Origin: an uncultured Methanomassiliicoccales archaeon
GTDB lineage: Archaea > Thermoplasmatota > Thermoplasmata > RBG-16-68-12
Assembly: GCA_964348145.1 (NCBI GenBank)
Contig: CAYGBO010000001.1
Coordinates: 32,061-76,285 of the forward strand
Direction of reading: 5' to 3'
DNA length: 44,225 nucleotides
Part shown: positions 1-9,361 of the stretch, one piece after another
How positions within the stretch are numbered: position 1 is the first letter of the stretch
How the letters are laid out: the number at the start of each line of letters is the position of its first letter
Made by a program: the position numbers and the translations under genes
The notes under the pieces: generated by a model
The model's input: only the letters and a program-made list of their open reading frames with translations
What the model was told of the DNA's origin: nothing
Databases searched by the model: none

Positions 1-1024
1 CGGTGAGCCCCCCGTCTCCGAGGATCGTATAGCGATCCTTGTTCATTTCGTGGGCATGGACCAGCGCGTCAATGACCTCGTCATCCGTGACTGCAAGGGC
101 CCGCGCCGTCGTGGGGGCACCGATCGCGAGGAGGGCATCCCGCACCTGCTGCCAGTTGCCGCCGTGTAGGTACATCATCATGATCGTGCCCACACCGCAC
201 TGCTCCCCGTGCAGAGCTGGTTTCTTGGCAATCCGGTCTAAGGCGTGGGAGAACTTGTGCTCGCTTCCCGAGGCGGGTCGGGACGATCCTGCGATGGACA
301 TGGCCACTCCGGAGGAGACGAGGGCTTTGCACACGAACCACGCGCTCTCCTCGAGCCTCGGCTTGATGGTCCCCGAGTTCTCAATCACCAAGCGTGCCGC
401 GAGCTCGCTTAGAGACGCGGCGTAGGACGAATAGTGCTCGTTCCTCAGGTTCCTTGCGAGGGCCCAGTCCTTCACAGCCGTGAGATTCGAGATGATATCT
501 CCGCATCCGGCGGCCAGGAGTCGGAACGGGGACTCTGCAATGATGCCCGTGTCCATGATGACCGCGACGGGCGTGTGGGTGGCGAGGCTGACTTTCTTCC
601 CGCCTTTCACGATGGACGCGCGGGACGACACGACGCCGTCGTGGCTCGCCGCCGTGGGCACGCTCACGAAGGGCACGCGCGCATTGAAGGAGGCACACTT
701 GGCCACATCAATCGCCCGGCCCCCGCCCACACCCACGGCGAAGTCGAGATCGGCCTTGTGGATCTGCTCCTCGCCAGACCGCACTTGCTCCCAAGTCGCC
801 CCCGGGATCAGGAACTCATGGACTTTCATCTTGCGCGAAGCGAGTTGCGACGCAACCGTGTCCCCCGCGATCTTCATCGTCAATTCGTCGGCTACGAGGA
901 GGGCGCGCCGGCCGAGCTTGAGGGAGTGGCAAACCTCTCCGACCTGCAACAGCGCATCGTGACCTACGACCACCTTCCGGGGCAACTCCATGGTTTTCGT
1001 CTTGGAGAAGGACTCCACGTCCAT
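1..1024 (-). CDS. egsA: sn-glycerol-1-phosphate dehydrogenase (archaeal lipid backbone enzyme); C-terminal end cut by window edge
   Basis: Absent from the ORF track because there is no stop in the window. My reverse-strand translation from the ATG at 1024 reads MDVESFSKTKTMELPRKVVVGHDALLQV...GVGGGRAIDVAKCASF...VSVPTAASHDG...SGSEHKFSHALD, the iron-ADH-fold G1PDH pattern. An alternative ATG is at 991. Confidence 0.85.
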   Translation of the reverse strand, partial: MDVESFSKTKTMELPRKVVVGHDALLQVGEVCHSLKLGRRALLVADELTMKIAGDTVASQLASRKMKVHEFLIPGATWEQVRSGEEQIHKADLDFAVGVGGGRAIDVAKCASFNARVPFVSVPTAASHDGVVSSRASIVKGGKKVSLATHTPVAVIMDTGIIAESPFRLLAAGCGDIISNLTAVKDWALARNLRNEHYSSYAASLSELAARLVIENSGTIKPRLEESAWFVCKALVSSGVAMSIAGSSRPASGSEHKFSHALDRIAKKPALHGEQCGVGTIMMMYLHGGNWQQVRDALLAIGAPTTARALAVTDDEVIDALVHAHEMNKDRYTILGDGGLT

Positions 1025-1134
1025 GGTTGTCACGCGATCACGTCACCGGGGCGGCTCGAAAGGGATGTCCCTACTTAAAGGTGAGGCCCTCGTTCTCGGA
1101 TTGTTTCATCGTTGACCCCGACCACGGAACCTTT

Positions 1135-3321
1135 ATGCTCGGGAACCTGGAATGGCCGATGTCGATGCCCTCCCTTTTCACCCTCCTCGTCCCCGCTTTC
1201 GCAATCCCGAAGGACTTGTCGAAGGGCGAGGTGGCCTTCCTTGAGGGCAACGCCCTGTGCGACTCCCGCCGATACGCGGATGCTGTCCCCTACTACGAAC
1301 GAGCGATCGCCCTGGGTTATGTGGACCATGTCGTGTGGAACAACAAGGGCGTTGCCTTGGACAGCCTAGGTCGGCACGAGGAGGCCGTGGATGCCTACCG
1401 GGAGGCCCTCGCCCGAAAAGCGGACTATGAGATCGCATGGTATAATCTCGGGAACGCTCATGCCTACCTCGGGGAGCTCGGCCGGGCGATCGAGGCGTAT
1501 GACCGGGCCCTGGCCCTGCGGCCCGACTACGCGGACGCTCTGTACGACAAAGCCCTGGCCCTTTCTCGTCTCGGCCGTACGAAGCAGGCCCTGTCGGTCT
1601 ACGAGGATCTGAGCCGGCTCGACGCGTCGAACGCGGATGCCTGGACCCGAAGGGGGCAACTTCTCGAAGAGCTGGGCGAATCCCGGGAGGCCGCGGAGGC
1701 CTTCAAGGCCGCCGTAGGCCTGAAGCCGGACGAGGAGGCGGCATGGACGGGCCTTGGGGGTGCCCTGTACTCCCTCGAACGATACGAGGAGGCGATCGAC
1801 GCCTACGATAGGGCCTTGACCCTCAGCCCGCTCAACGAGGAGGCGTGGAACAACAAGGGTTTCACGTTCTTCATGCTCGGCATCCACGACGAGGCCCTCC
1901 GTTGCTATGAACGCGCCCTCGACATCAACTCGCGGTACAAGCAGGCATGGTACAACAAGGGCTACACGCTCCACGGGATGAATCGTCTCGAAGAAGCTGT
2001 CAAAGCGTACGAGAGGGCGATCGAGCTCGACGAACGGGACGAAGTCCTCTGGAACAACCTGGGCAATGCCCTCTATAACCTCGGACGATACCAAGAATCG
2101 ATTCCGTATTTCGAGAGGGCCATCGAGGTGAACCCTAAGTATGAGATTGCCTGGAACAACATTGGGAACGCGTTGAACAAGATGGAGAAGCACGCGGAGT
2201 CGATTCCATACCATGACAGATCCCTTGAGATCAAACCGGACTTTGACTACGCCCTGTATGCGAAAGGCCACGCGCTGGACAAGCTCGGCCTCCACGAGGA
2301 TGGTCTTGAGCTCATCGTCCAGAGCCTCGAGCTGAACCCCAATTATGACCACGCGTGGATGGCGAAGGCCGAAGTCCTTCGCAACCTGGGTCGCCTCGAC
2401 GAAGCACGGGACGCCCTCAACAACGCCCTCATTCTGAACCCGGGCTACGATGAAGCGTGGATTGTGCGCGGGAAAGTCCTGGAGGAAATGGGGAACGCGC
2501 TGGAAGCGGAACGCTGCTACGAGGAGGCGCTTCGGTGCTTCGAATCGGGGCTGGAGCTGGAACCGGGGAATGCGGAGATCCTGGCCTTGAAAGGCCGTCT
2601 CCTCGAGGATCTGGCGCGCGCCGAGGAGGCCCTTGAGGCATATTCGGCGGCTGGAGTCCGAGCGACCCGTGCGGAACCTTTCCTCCGGATGGCGGACCTC
2701 CTCCTCCAGATGGGACGATTCGAGGAAGCCGTGGTCGCGGCGGACCGGGTGCGGGAGACATTCCCGGACGAAAGCAAGGGATGGATCCTCGCGGGTCGTG
2801 CCAGGCGGCTCCTGGGCCGGGTAACGGAGGCACTCCCAATGCTGGAACGGGCCCTTGGTTCCTGGGACGGTCCCGAAACGCGCGTCGAGCTTGCCGAGGT
2901 GCTCCACGCCCTCGACCGACCGGACGACGCCCTCCGGGTTCTCGAGCCCGTGGAGGCGCCGGAGTCGGGTGCGTACCTACTACGCGCCAACATCCTCCAG
3001 GCCACGGGTCGAACCGACGAAGCTATCGCGGCCTGCGATCGCGCCGCCCGTGAGGCCAGGGCGCCCCGTGACATCGCGTACCATCGGAAGGGTCGGATTC
3101 TTCTCCAAGCAGGTCGGATGAAGGAGGCGTTGTCGGCCTTGGATGCCGCGATCGGGCTAAACGCCGAGGAGGAGGACTACTGGTGCGACGCCGCCCTCGT
3201 CCTTCGGCAGCTAGGCCGGGAGGAACGGGCTCGAAGGTTGCTCCAGCGGGCCTTAACTATCAATCCCGAATGCGAACGCGCCAGGCAACTCCTCGTCTCA
3301 AGGGCCTGGGAGCCCTCGTGA
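1135..3321 (+). CDS. large TPR-repeat protein with N-terminal hydrophobic segment
   Basis: The 764-aa ORF 1027..3321 is filled with about 34-aa repeats (..A..Y.RAL.L.P....AW.N.G.AL...G...EA...). The hydrophobic N-terminus is MSMPSLFTLLVPAFAI. The TTG at 1027 abuts the egsA start, so the ATG at 1135 is the more plausible start. Confidence 0.85.
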   Translation: MLGNLEWPMSMPSLFTLLVPAFAIPKDLSKGEVAFLEGNALCDSRRYADAVPYYERAIALGYVDHVVWNNKGVALDSLGRHEEAVDAYREALARKADYEIAWYNLGNAHAYLGELGRAIEAYDRALALRPDYADALYDKALALSRLGRTKQALSVYEDLSRLDASNADAWTRRGQLLEELGESREAAEAFKAAVGLKPDEEAAWTGLGGALYSLERYEEAIDAYDRALTLSPLNEEAWNNKGFTFFMLGIHDEALRCYERALDINSRYKQAWYNKGYTLHGMNRLEEAVKAYERAIELDERDEVLWNNLGNALYNLGRYQESIPYFERAIEVNPKYEIAWNNIGNALNKMEKHAESIPYHDRSLEIKPDFDYALYAKGHALDKLGLHEDGLELIVQSLELNPNYDHAWMAKAEVLRNLGRLDEARDALNNALILNPGYDEAWIVRGKVLEEMGNALEAERCYEEALRCFESGLELEPGNAEILALKGRLLEDLARAEEALEAYSAAGVRATRAEPFLRMADLLLQMGRFEEAVVAADRVRETFPDESKGWILAGRARRLLGRVTEALPMLERALGSWDGPETRVELAEVLHALDRPDDALRVLEPVEAPESGAYLLRANILQATGRTDEAIAACDRAAREARAPRDIAYHRKGRILLQAGRMKEALSALDAAIGLNAEEEDYWCDAALVLRQLGREERARRLLQRALTINPECERARQLLVSRAWEPS

Positions 3322-3386
3322 GGAGGTCTGCAGGGTTCGCGTCCGGTCACCGTCGGTCCTCCCGAGAGGTTATCTTTCTGGGTCCC

Positions 3387-3896
3387 ATGCCTTCTCTCAT
3401 GGGCATCAAGGTCCGCCGGCGGGTGCGTCTCCGACGCAGGGACTGGATTCACTGGGCGACGCAGCTCGCCTCGGACTACGCGATGGAGACGCGTTCGGAG
3501 GAAACCCCCATTGACCGGGCAGAGGCGGGTGACTTGCGCCTGCTGTTCGAGGGGCACACGCCGTTTGCCATCCTCGTCGAGGACAAGATCGCGCCTACGG
3601 CCCGGGAACTCCTCGCCCATCCGGCCCGACGACGTCATGTGACTGTGGACATGGGGGCCGTGCCTTTCATCTACAACGGCGCGGACGTGATGGCACCCGG
3701 CATCGTGGACGCCGACCCGGCGATTCGCGCGGGGGATCTTGTGTGGGTCCGGGACGAACGGAATCGGCAGCCCATCGCCGTGGGCCAGGCTGAGATGGAT
3801 GGTCTGACGATGGTGCGGGAGCGAAAGGGGAAGGCGATCAAGACGATTCATCATGTGGGAGACGATATCTGGCGGCTTGGCGAGGAGGAGCCGTGA
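3387..3896 (+). CDS. PUA-domain RNA-binding protein (Tma20/COG2016-like)
   Basis: The C-terminal VTVDMGAVPFIYNGADVMAPGIVDADPAIRAGDLVWVRDERNRQPIAVGQA...GKAIKTIHHVGDDIW matches the PUA pattern. The ATG at 3387 was chosen because the upstream part of ORF 3183..3896 overlaps the TPR gene and is Arg-rich junk. Confidence 0.8.
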   Translation: MPSLMGIKVRRRVRLRRRDWIHWATQLASDYAMETRSEETPIDRAEAGDLRLLFEGHTPFAILVEDKIAPTARELLAHPARRRHVTVDMGAVPFIYNGADVMAPGIVDADPAIRAGDLVWVRDERNRQPIAVGQAEMDGLTMVRERKGKAIKTIHHVGDDIWRLGEEEP

Positions 3897-3939
3897 AATC
3901 TCTGCGGATCGGTGTCTCAATCCTGTGTCGTCGGCTCGT

Positions 3940-4911
3940 TCAGGCCCAGTACGGTGATTTCAGGTACTTGTACACGGACATGACTGCGGTGACGGCCTCG
4001 CCGCATCCCGTCACGATTCGCTTGTCCTTGCCCGGGTAGGAAACGATGTCTCCGCAGGCAAAGATTCCTGGGACCGATGTGGACATGTCGGCGTTCACCT
4101 TGATGAGACGCTCCCCTTCCAGTTCGATCCCCCATCGCTTGAGGGGGGTGATCTTCGGCTCGAAGCCGATATTGACAATCATCGCATCGATCTCGAACTC
4201 GGATTTCTTCAGGGTTCGGTTATCGTGAACGACCGCCCGTCGCGCACGGTCGTCACCTTCGATGCTCGTGACCTCTGCGTTGTACATGACCTCGATGGGT
4301 GACTTCAGCACCGCTTCCACATTCTTCTCCATAGCCCGAAATTCGCCCCGTCGGTGGACGAGGACTACGCTCTTCGCGACTGCGACGATCTCGAGGGCGA
4401 TTTCCAGGGCGCTGTCGCCCCCGCCGACGACAATGACGCGTTGATCCTTGAATTCGCGACGGTCACGCACCCTGTATTCGACGCCATGGCCCTCGAACTC
4501 CGCTTCCCCCGGGATTCCGAGCCGTTTCGGCTCGAAGAGTCCCATCCCCATTGCCAGGATAATCGCGTAGGTCTCATACCGGTTTCCCGGGCGCGTAATC
4601 ACTCGAAAGCTCGATCCATGTCGCTGGATGTCTGCGACCTCTTCGTTGCGGATTTCGGAGCCGCTTTCTCGTGAATGGATCGCGAACAGCTCTCCGAGTT
4701 CGCCTCCTTCAATGGCCATATAGCTTGGATAGTCGTAGACGGATTTCGTGGGGTACAGCCACGCGAGCTGTCCGCCCACGTCCTGGGCCTCGAGGATCAA
4801 GGTGGACAGCTTGCGAGTACGCGCATAGATTCCCGCCGTAAGCCCGGCAGGCCCGGCGCCCACGATGGCCACGTCGAAGGCCATAGCGCTGGCGACAAAG
4901 TGCCTTCCCAT
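3940..4911 (-). CDS. thioredoxin-reductase-fold flavoprotein without CxxC (ferredoxin-NADP reductase type 2-like)
   Basis: FAD Rossmann motif DVAIVGAGPAGLTAGIYA, NAD(P) motif VIVVGGGDSALEIA, and C-terminal GIFACGD. No redox-active CxxC lies between the two motifs. The probable true start is the ATG at 4884 (MAFDVAIVG), about 30 nt downstream of TTTAAA at 4911-4917. Confidence 0.85.
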   Translation of the reverse strand: MGRHFVASAMAFDVAIVGAGPAGLTAGIYARTRKLSTLILEAQDVGGQLAWLYPTKSVYDYPSYMAIEGGELGELFAIHSRESGSEIRNEEVADIQRHGSSFRVITRPGNRYETYAIILAMGMGLFEPKRLGIPGEAEFEGHGVEYRVRDRREFKDQRVIVVGGGDSALEIALEIVAVAKSVVLVHRRGEFRAMEKNVEAVLKSPIEVMYNAEVTSIEGDDRARRAVVHDNRTLKKSEFEIDAMIVNIGFEPKITPLKRWGIELEGERLIKVNADMSTSVPGIFACGDIVSYPGKDKRIVTGCGEAVTAVMSVYKYLKSPYWA

Positions 4912-5088
4912 TTAAACGTTGTTAGCAGACTTCGTCCGGAGCTCGTCAACGCCGGGAGGGCAATAATTATTATGTGATTACGTTTATCTCTATAACGCCC
5001 GCCCGTCTTTCCGCGTGAGTCGCAATCCGGGACCGCGATACTTTTAAATTTCCGATTCAGGATACAGAACCCGCAGAAGGGATCTGGG

Positions 5089-5475
5089 ATGGCTTTCATC
5101 AAGAAGCCCTTTAAACGGTTTGGCGAAGGCGGCGCGGCTGCCGAAGTTGACGCGTACATTGACCTCGGTGAACTGAATTTCGAAGGCGAATCCGGCGTCC
5201 TAGGGGAACCCGTGGAGCATTTGGTCAAAGTCGCGGAAATCTACCGGTACGAAGATATCAACGACCTGACGACCCACGTCTACAACGGGAACCTCTTGCT
5301 CGTGGACTACACCGCCGTCGCGTCGGACGAACTCGCGCTCAAGCGAATCACAGCCGAGCTGAAGAGCGCGGTCCGGGACTGCGGCGGGGATGTCGCCGTC
5401 GTGGGCAAGAACATGATTCTCGCGACCCCCGCGAGCATCAAGATTGATCGCGCGAAAATCAAGGGCAATTTCTAG
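5089..5475 (+). CDS. sepF: archaeal cell-division protein SepF
   Basis: The 128-aa product has the archaeal SepF layout: YIDLGE..., VKVAEIYRYEDINDLTTHVYNGNLLLVDYT, GGDVAVVGKNMILATPASIKIDRAKI. An AT-rich element CTTTTAAATT lies at 5041-5050 upstream. Confidence 0.85.
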   Translation: MAFIKKPFKRFGEGGAAAEVDAYIDLGELNFEGESGVLGEPVEHLVKVAEIYRYEDINDLTTHVYNGNLLLVDYTAVASDELALKRITAELKSAVRDCGGDVAVVGKNMILATPASIKIDRAKIKGNF

Positions 5476-5481
5476 CCCGGA

Positions 5482-6351
5482 TCAAGAGGGGCGGCCCCAT
5501 CGGCGCCGCGATGGCACAGCGTAGGGCTTCGCGACGAATCGCTTATCGCTGTAGCCGAGGAGGAAGTAGTCCCTCGAATGATTCGTGTGCCGCATCTTCG
5601 CGCACCGGATGAGCAGTTGAACTCGTCCTTCCCCCGCGCCGCTAAATCGGAGCTCGAGAACTCCGTCCACGAGTTGGTCTATGTCCGGATGGGACTCTTC
5701 TGCGCCCGATTCCGTTCGATCCTTTACGAGGAACGCAGTGACGCCGATGGAACGGAGATAATCGAAAAAGTGAAAGAGATTCTCTCGAACGTGGTCCATC
5801 CGCGCGGCCGCGGTCAGCGCGTCGATGGAGTCGATCACGACGAGCCCAAAGGGCTCCCGTTCCCTGCGGCGTGTGAGATAGTCTCGGAGCACCTGGATCC
5901 AGTCTCGAACTTCCTCGGCTCCCGAGTGTTCGAGCCGGAGCCGGCCGATGTCTACGATGAAATCCTCTGTATCGCCGAGGCCCAGGCGGGTCATCGTCTC
6001 TTGGATCGAATCCCGGCTCTCCTCGAGCGTCACGTACACGCCCCGCGTCCCCCCCGCGCGGTTCTTGGACAGGATGTAGAGTGCAAGGGAGGTCTTCATT
6101 GCGCCCGTCGGGCCCGCGAGGAGGACTACGTGCCCCCGGGGAACGCCTCCCTCCATGGCGGGGTCAAGCCCCTGCACGTGGGTCGGTAGTCGCCCTCCGG
6201 TCTCGGTCGGCCGGGATGCGAGGGCCCTCACCTGCTCCTGGAGCCGACGGACCTGGTCCCTCAGCTCGCGGACCTGCTCCTCTACGTCCTCTTCGCGGGA
6301 TTCTCTAGGCGCGCCTCCCGCGGGCTCAACCCACTCCACGCCCCGTACCAT
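5482..6351 (-). CDS. KaiC/RadA-like single-domain ATPase paralogue 1, with N-terminal coiled-coil extension
   Basis: HVQGLDPAMEGGVPRGHVVLLAGPTGAMKTSL (Walker A variant), YVTLEES, Walker B LVVIDSIDAL, and C-terminal RCAKMRHTNHS. The N-terminal EEQVRELRDQVRRLQEQVRAL is heptad-like. Confidence 0.85.
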   Translation of the reverse strand: MVRGVEWVEPAGGAPRESREEDVEEQVRELRDQVRRLQEQVRALASRPTETGGRLPTHVQGLDPAMEGGVPRGHVVLLAGPTGAMKTSLALYILSKNRAGGTRGVYVTLEESRDSIQETMTRLGLGDTEDFIVDIGRLRLEHSGAEEVRDWIQVLRDYLTRRREREPFGLVVIDSIDALTAAARMDHVRENLFHFFDYLRSIGVTAFLVKDRTESGAEESHPDIDQLVDGVLELRFSGAGEGRVQLLIRCAKMRHTNHSRDYFLLGYSDKRFVAKPYAVPSRRRWGRPS

Positions 6352-6496
6352 TATGACATAAAACGCTACTCTGAGAGGTTAAGTTTTTGCCTGAAGCGGA
6401 AGGGGAAGGGCGAAGGTTGATAATCAATCGAGCGCAGCATCTCAGAACCGTTAAATAGCTCCTCCCTACAATAGCACGCGGCCCAGGAGGCGACCC

Positions 6497-6928
6497 ATGG
6501 CAATCAAGACGAAGCCGGAGCGTGGACCCGCCGGGACCCTCACCGTCGACGACCTCACCCGGGCGATCCGCAACTCGATCGACCGGGCGGGGATGAAGGA
6601 CGAGGAGGCGCGTGCCATGGCCCAGCACGTCCTGAATTTCTTTGGCTACTCTGAACGGATCATCGACAACGTCCTCGAGCCCGAGGATCGCGACGCCTTC
6701 TACATGCTCGAGGATTCGGGCATCCTGACGACGGAACGGGAGGAGACGACCCTCTACGACGGCCGCGAGTGGAGGATTCACTACTGGATGTTCCGAAAGG
6801 AGCGAATTGCGGAGCTCGTGGAGGCCCAAAGAGCGAAGGAAGAGGCGGAGAGAGCGGCGTCCGTCTACGACGACGTACCCGATGACCTCTGGGTGACCCG
6901 GAAGCCGAGGCCGCCCGCGGAGCACTGA
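6497..6928 (+). CDS. conserved-looking hypothetical protein, divergent partner of KaiC-like paralogue 1
   Basis: The 143-aa ORF has protein-like composition (MAQHVLNFFGYSERIIDNVLEPEDRDAFYMLEDSGILTTEREETTLYDGREWRIHYW). I recognise no catalytic motif. It shares a 145-bp divergent intergenic region with 5482..6351. Confidence 0.6.
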   Translation: MAIKTKPERGPAGTLTVDDLTRAIRNSIDRAGMKDEEARAMAQHVLNFFGYSERIIDNVLEPEDRDAFYMLEDSGILTTEREETTLYDGREWRIHYWMFRKERIAELVEAQRAKEEAERAASVYDDVPDDLWVTRKPRPPAEH

Positions 6929-6938
6929 GTCGGCCGCC

Positions 6939-7352
6939 TTAGCCGAAGGCGAGTTGGAGTGTCCCTCCGGACCGGCGAACCAGATCAAAAGCGAGGGAAT
7001 GGGGCAGGAACATTCGGCCTTCGCGATAGGGGAACGCAGATCCGAGGGACTCAAGAGCCCGCAGGGCCTTCGCTCCGACCGCGTCCGTGAGATAGGCGGC
7101 GTCCGCCATGTCGCCGGAGACGAACAAGGTAATCGGTAGCCGCAAGCGCTCCGTCTCCTCCTCGGACAAAACGGATGCAAGTCGCTCGAGCCATGAGCGG
7201 TCAAAGCGGTGCTCCTCGCCCGATCGAGTCCGACACACGGGTGGGTTTTCGGAGAGAAGCCGTGCGAGGCTCTTCTTTTCAACGACGAGACCTTCGTTCA
7301 GCCGGCCCACCTCGAGGGCGAGCCATCGGTCCATTCCGCCGGGGGATGTCAA
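6939..7352 (-). CDS. UPF0216/DUF61-family archaeal protein
   Basis: The layout RLNEGLVVEKKSLARLL...RTRSGEEHRFDRSWLERLASVL...LRLPITLFVS...FLPHSLAFDLVRRSGGTLQLAFG matches my memory of the UPF0216 family. The start is either TTG at 7352 or ATG at 7334. Confidence 0.7.
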   Translation of the reverse strand: MTSPGGMDRWLALEVGRLNEGLVVEKKSLARLLSENPPVCRTRSGEEHRFDRSWLERLASVLSEEETERLRLPITLFVSGDMADAAYLTDAVGAKALRALESLGSAFPYREGRMFLPHSLAFDLVRRSGGTLQLAFG

Positions 7353-7515
7353 GGGAATGATTCAGGGTGGTGCTTGGTGAAAAGCCTTTGGTTTCCTTCA
7401 GGTGTCGGGGCCGGAGGAGCGCGAGTGCAGATGCCCCTCGCTCGTCCTTCGGACCTCAATCGGTCCCCCGAAACCTATTTCGGTCCCGCTCCCCTTCTCG
7501 GGCGGGGGAGAAGCG

Positions 7516-8484
7516 ATGGCCGCGACCGTGACCTGTCCGAGGTGTGGTGCGACGAGCCAGGTTGGCTATCAGTTCTGCACGAACTGCGGGGGGGTTCTCG
7601 CCGGCGAAACGGCGCCTCCCGCGGGACCTCCCAGCACCCAAGCGCCGCCTCCGCCGCCTCCGCCCTTCCCCGGCGCCTACACCACACCTCCATACGGCTA
7701 TCAAGCCCCGTGGGAGTATGAGCGGCACAAGCAGATCGACAGGACGAAGACAGGGATCCTCCTGTTGCTGATCGGAACGCTCCTCTCCTGGATTCCCTTC
7801 GTCAACATCATCGGCTTTCTGCTCATGTTCATCGGCGCCATTCTCGTGATCCTGGGCCGGAAGGTCTTTGGGGCGACCCATTCACGCAACGTCGTCGTCT
7901 CAATCGTCATTTTCATCGTGGGGATCGCCGCGAGCTTGGCGCTGGGGGCCATCTTCACGCTGTCCATCATTCAAGGGCTGCTCGGTCAGTCGATTAGTGC
8001 GGAGGCCTTGAGGTCCGCCTTCGACACGCTCTACATCGGCGGGATCATAGTAACCGCATTTTCAGGAATCGCTTCCGTCTTGTTCACCTACGCCCTGCAG
8101 AATCCGACGGGACGTATGCTGCTGTGGGCTGGGTACGGCGCGGCCATCGCAGTTGATGTTGTCCTCTACGCCATCTTCTCTCCCCAGATCGAAGCTGCGA
8201 TCCAGGACTTCCTGGCTTCGGGCAGTGTGGATCCTTCCCCTCTCCTGGCCCTTCAGAATCAGGCCCAGGTCGCCGGGCTCCTGGAGGCGATGCCCGCAGC
8301 CCTCTTCTCGGTGGCCACGTACATCGCATGGTCCCGAATCAACCGTGGCGAGATACCCGCCGCCCCTGCGGCAGCTCCGGCGCCGCCCATGTATGGACAG
8401 CCACCGCCGCCGCAGGTCCCACCTACCGGGACTCCGCCGCCCCAGACCTCCCAGGAGCAACCTCCGCCCATACACCCGAAGTGA
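7516..8484 (+). CDS. zinc-ribbon membrane protein with Pro-rich linker and Pro-rich C-terminal tail
   Basis: MAATVTCPRCGATSQVGYQFCTNCGG (CxxC...CxxC), then PPPPPPPPFPG, then about 6 hydrophobic helices, then PAAPAAAPAPPMYGQPPPPQVPPTGTPPPQ. The ATG at 7516 is preceded by GGGGGAG. Confidence 0.75.
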   Translation: MAATVTCPRCGATSQVGYQFCTNCGGVLAGETAPPAGPPSTQAPPPPPPPFPGAYTTPPYGYQAPWEYERHKQIDRTKTGILLLLIGTLLSWIPFVNIIGFLLMFIGAILVILGRKVFGATHSRNVVVSIVIFIVGIAASLALGAIFTLSIIQGLLGQSISAEALRSAFDTLYIGGIIVTAFSGIASVLFTYALQNPTGRMLLWAGYGAAIAVDVVLYAIFSPQIEAAIQDFLASGSVDPSPLLALQNQAQVAGLLEAMPAALFSVATYIAWSRINRGEIPAAPAAAPAPPMYGQPPPPQVPPTGTPPPQTSQEQPPPIHPK

Positions 8485-8508
8485 TTCGCCGGCAAAACCC
8501 GAAGTCCT

Positions 8509-9228
8509 TCACTTCTTCCGCGAGATCACATGGCTCACGAAGAACTTCGAGCCGTCGTGGTTGAGAGCGAAGGCACTGTGGTCGTGGTCCATCCAGCGCA
8601 TCTTGATCGTCCGCACCCTCAGCTGGACCTCCGTGTCGCCCACTTCCACCTGACGCAGATGCAGGATTCCGTCGCACAGGAAATCCTCGCCCCACTGGGT
8701 CAATCGGGAGGCGCCGAAGGGCGTCTCCGCGATGATGAAGGTGGTCAGTCCGAGCTCCTTGAGCGCACCTAGGAAGTGAAACATCTCCCGCCGGGGGGCT
8801 TTCATCTCTCCCAGGGCGTAGAGGGCCTCCAGGCTGTCGAGACACAGCACGCCATATCCCGTCGCCTCGACGGCTTCCTTCACGATTTCGAGCAGGATAT
8901 GAACCCAGTCCTTGGATCCTTCGGAGCGGTGGAGACCTTTCCTCAGCTGGCCCATGTCGAGGAGGTAGATGTTGGACTCATGGAGCTCCTCCATGCCCAT
9001 TCTCGCAGCGCCTCTTCGCAGGCTCTCCGCGTCCTGTTCCAAGCTAATATAGAGCCCTTTCGTCCCGTGCTGCCGGGCGTTCTCGTGCATCATCCAGAGG
9101 ATGAGGGAGGTCTTCATCGTCCCCGGCGTGCCCGCGATGAGGACGGTGCTGCCCTGGGGAATCCCGCCACCCAGGGCCTTGTCGAGACCTTCTACGTGGG
9201 TGCGGAAAAGGGGAATCTCGACTTCCAT
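8509..9228 (-). CDS. KaiC/RadA-like single-domain ATPase paralogue 2
   Basis: THVEGLDKALGGGIPQGSTVLIAGTPGTMKTSL, YISLEQD, Walker B VLCLDSLEAL, RTIKMRWMDHD. I estimate it is about 40-45 percent identical by eye to paralogue 3. Confidence 0.85.
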   Translation of the reverse strand: MEVEIPLFRTHVEGLDKALGGGIPQGSTVLIAGTPGTMKTSLILWMMHENARQHGTKGLYISLEQDAESLRRGAARMGMEELHESNIYLLDMGQLRKGLHRSEGSKDWVHILLEIVKEAVEATGYGVLCLDSLEALYALGEMKAPRREMFHFLGALKELGLTTFIIAETPFGASRLTQWGEDFLCDGILHLRQVEVGDTEVQLRVRTIKMRWMDHDHSAFALNHDGSKFFVSHVISRKK

Positions 9229-9250
9229 ACATCCCTACGACGAAATCAAG

Positions 9251-9258
9251 ATTATAAA
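9251..9258 (-). promoter_or_regulatory. TATA-like box for KaiC-like paralogue 2 (implies a leaderless or near-leaderless mRNA)
   Basis: ATTATAAA on the plus strand (TTTATAAT on the coding strand) is centred about 27 nt upstream of the ATG at 9228. It is an isolated AT-rich island in GC-rich DNA. Confidence 0.45.
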
Positions 9259-9361
9259 GCCCTGGCGTCTTCGTTATCGTGGCGGATACTCTGGAATCCA
9301 GCATGCGAAAAGCCTTGGCAACCCTTTTCTAGGCCCTGGTTGTTTCCCTTGTCGAGAAGGG

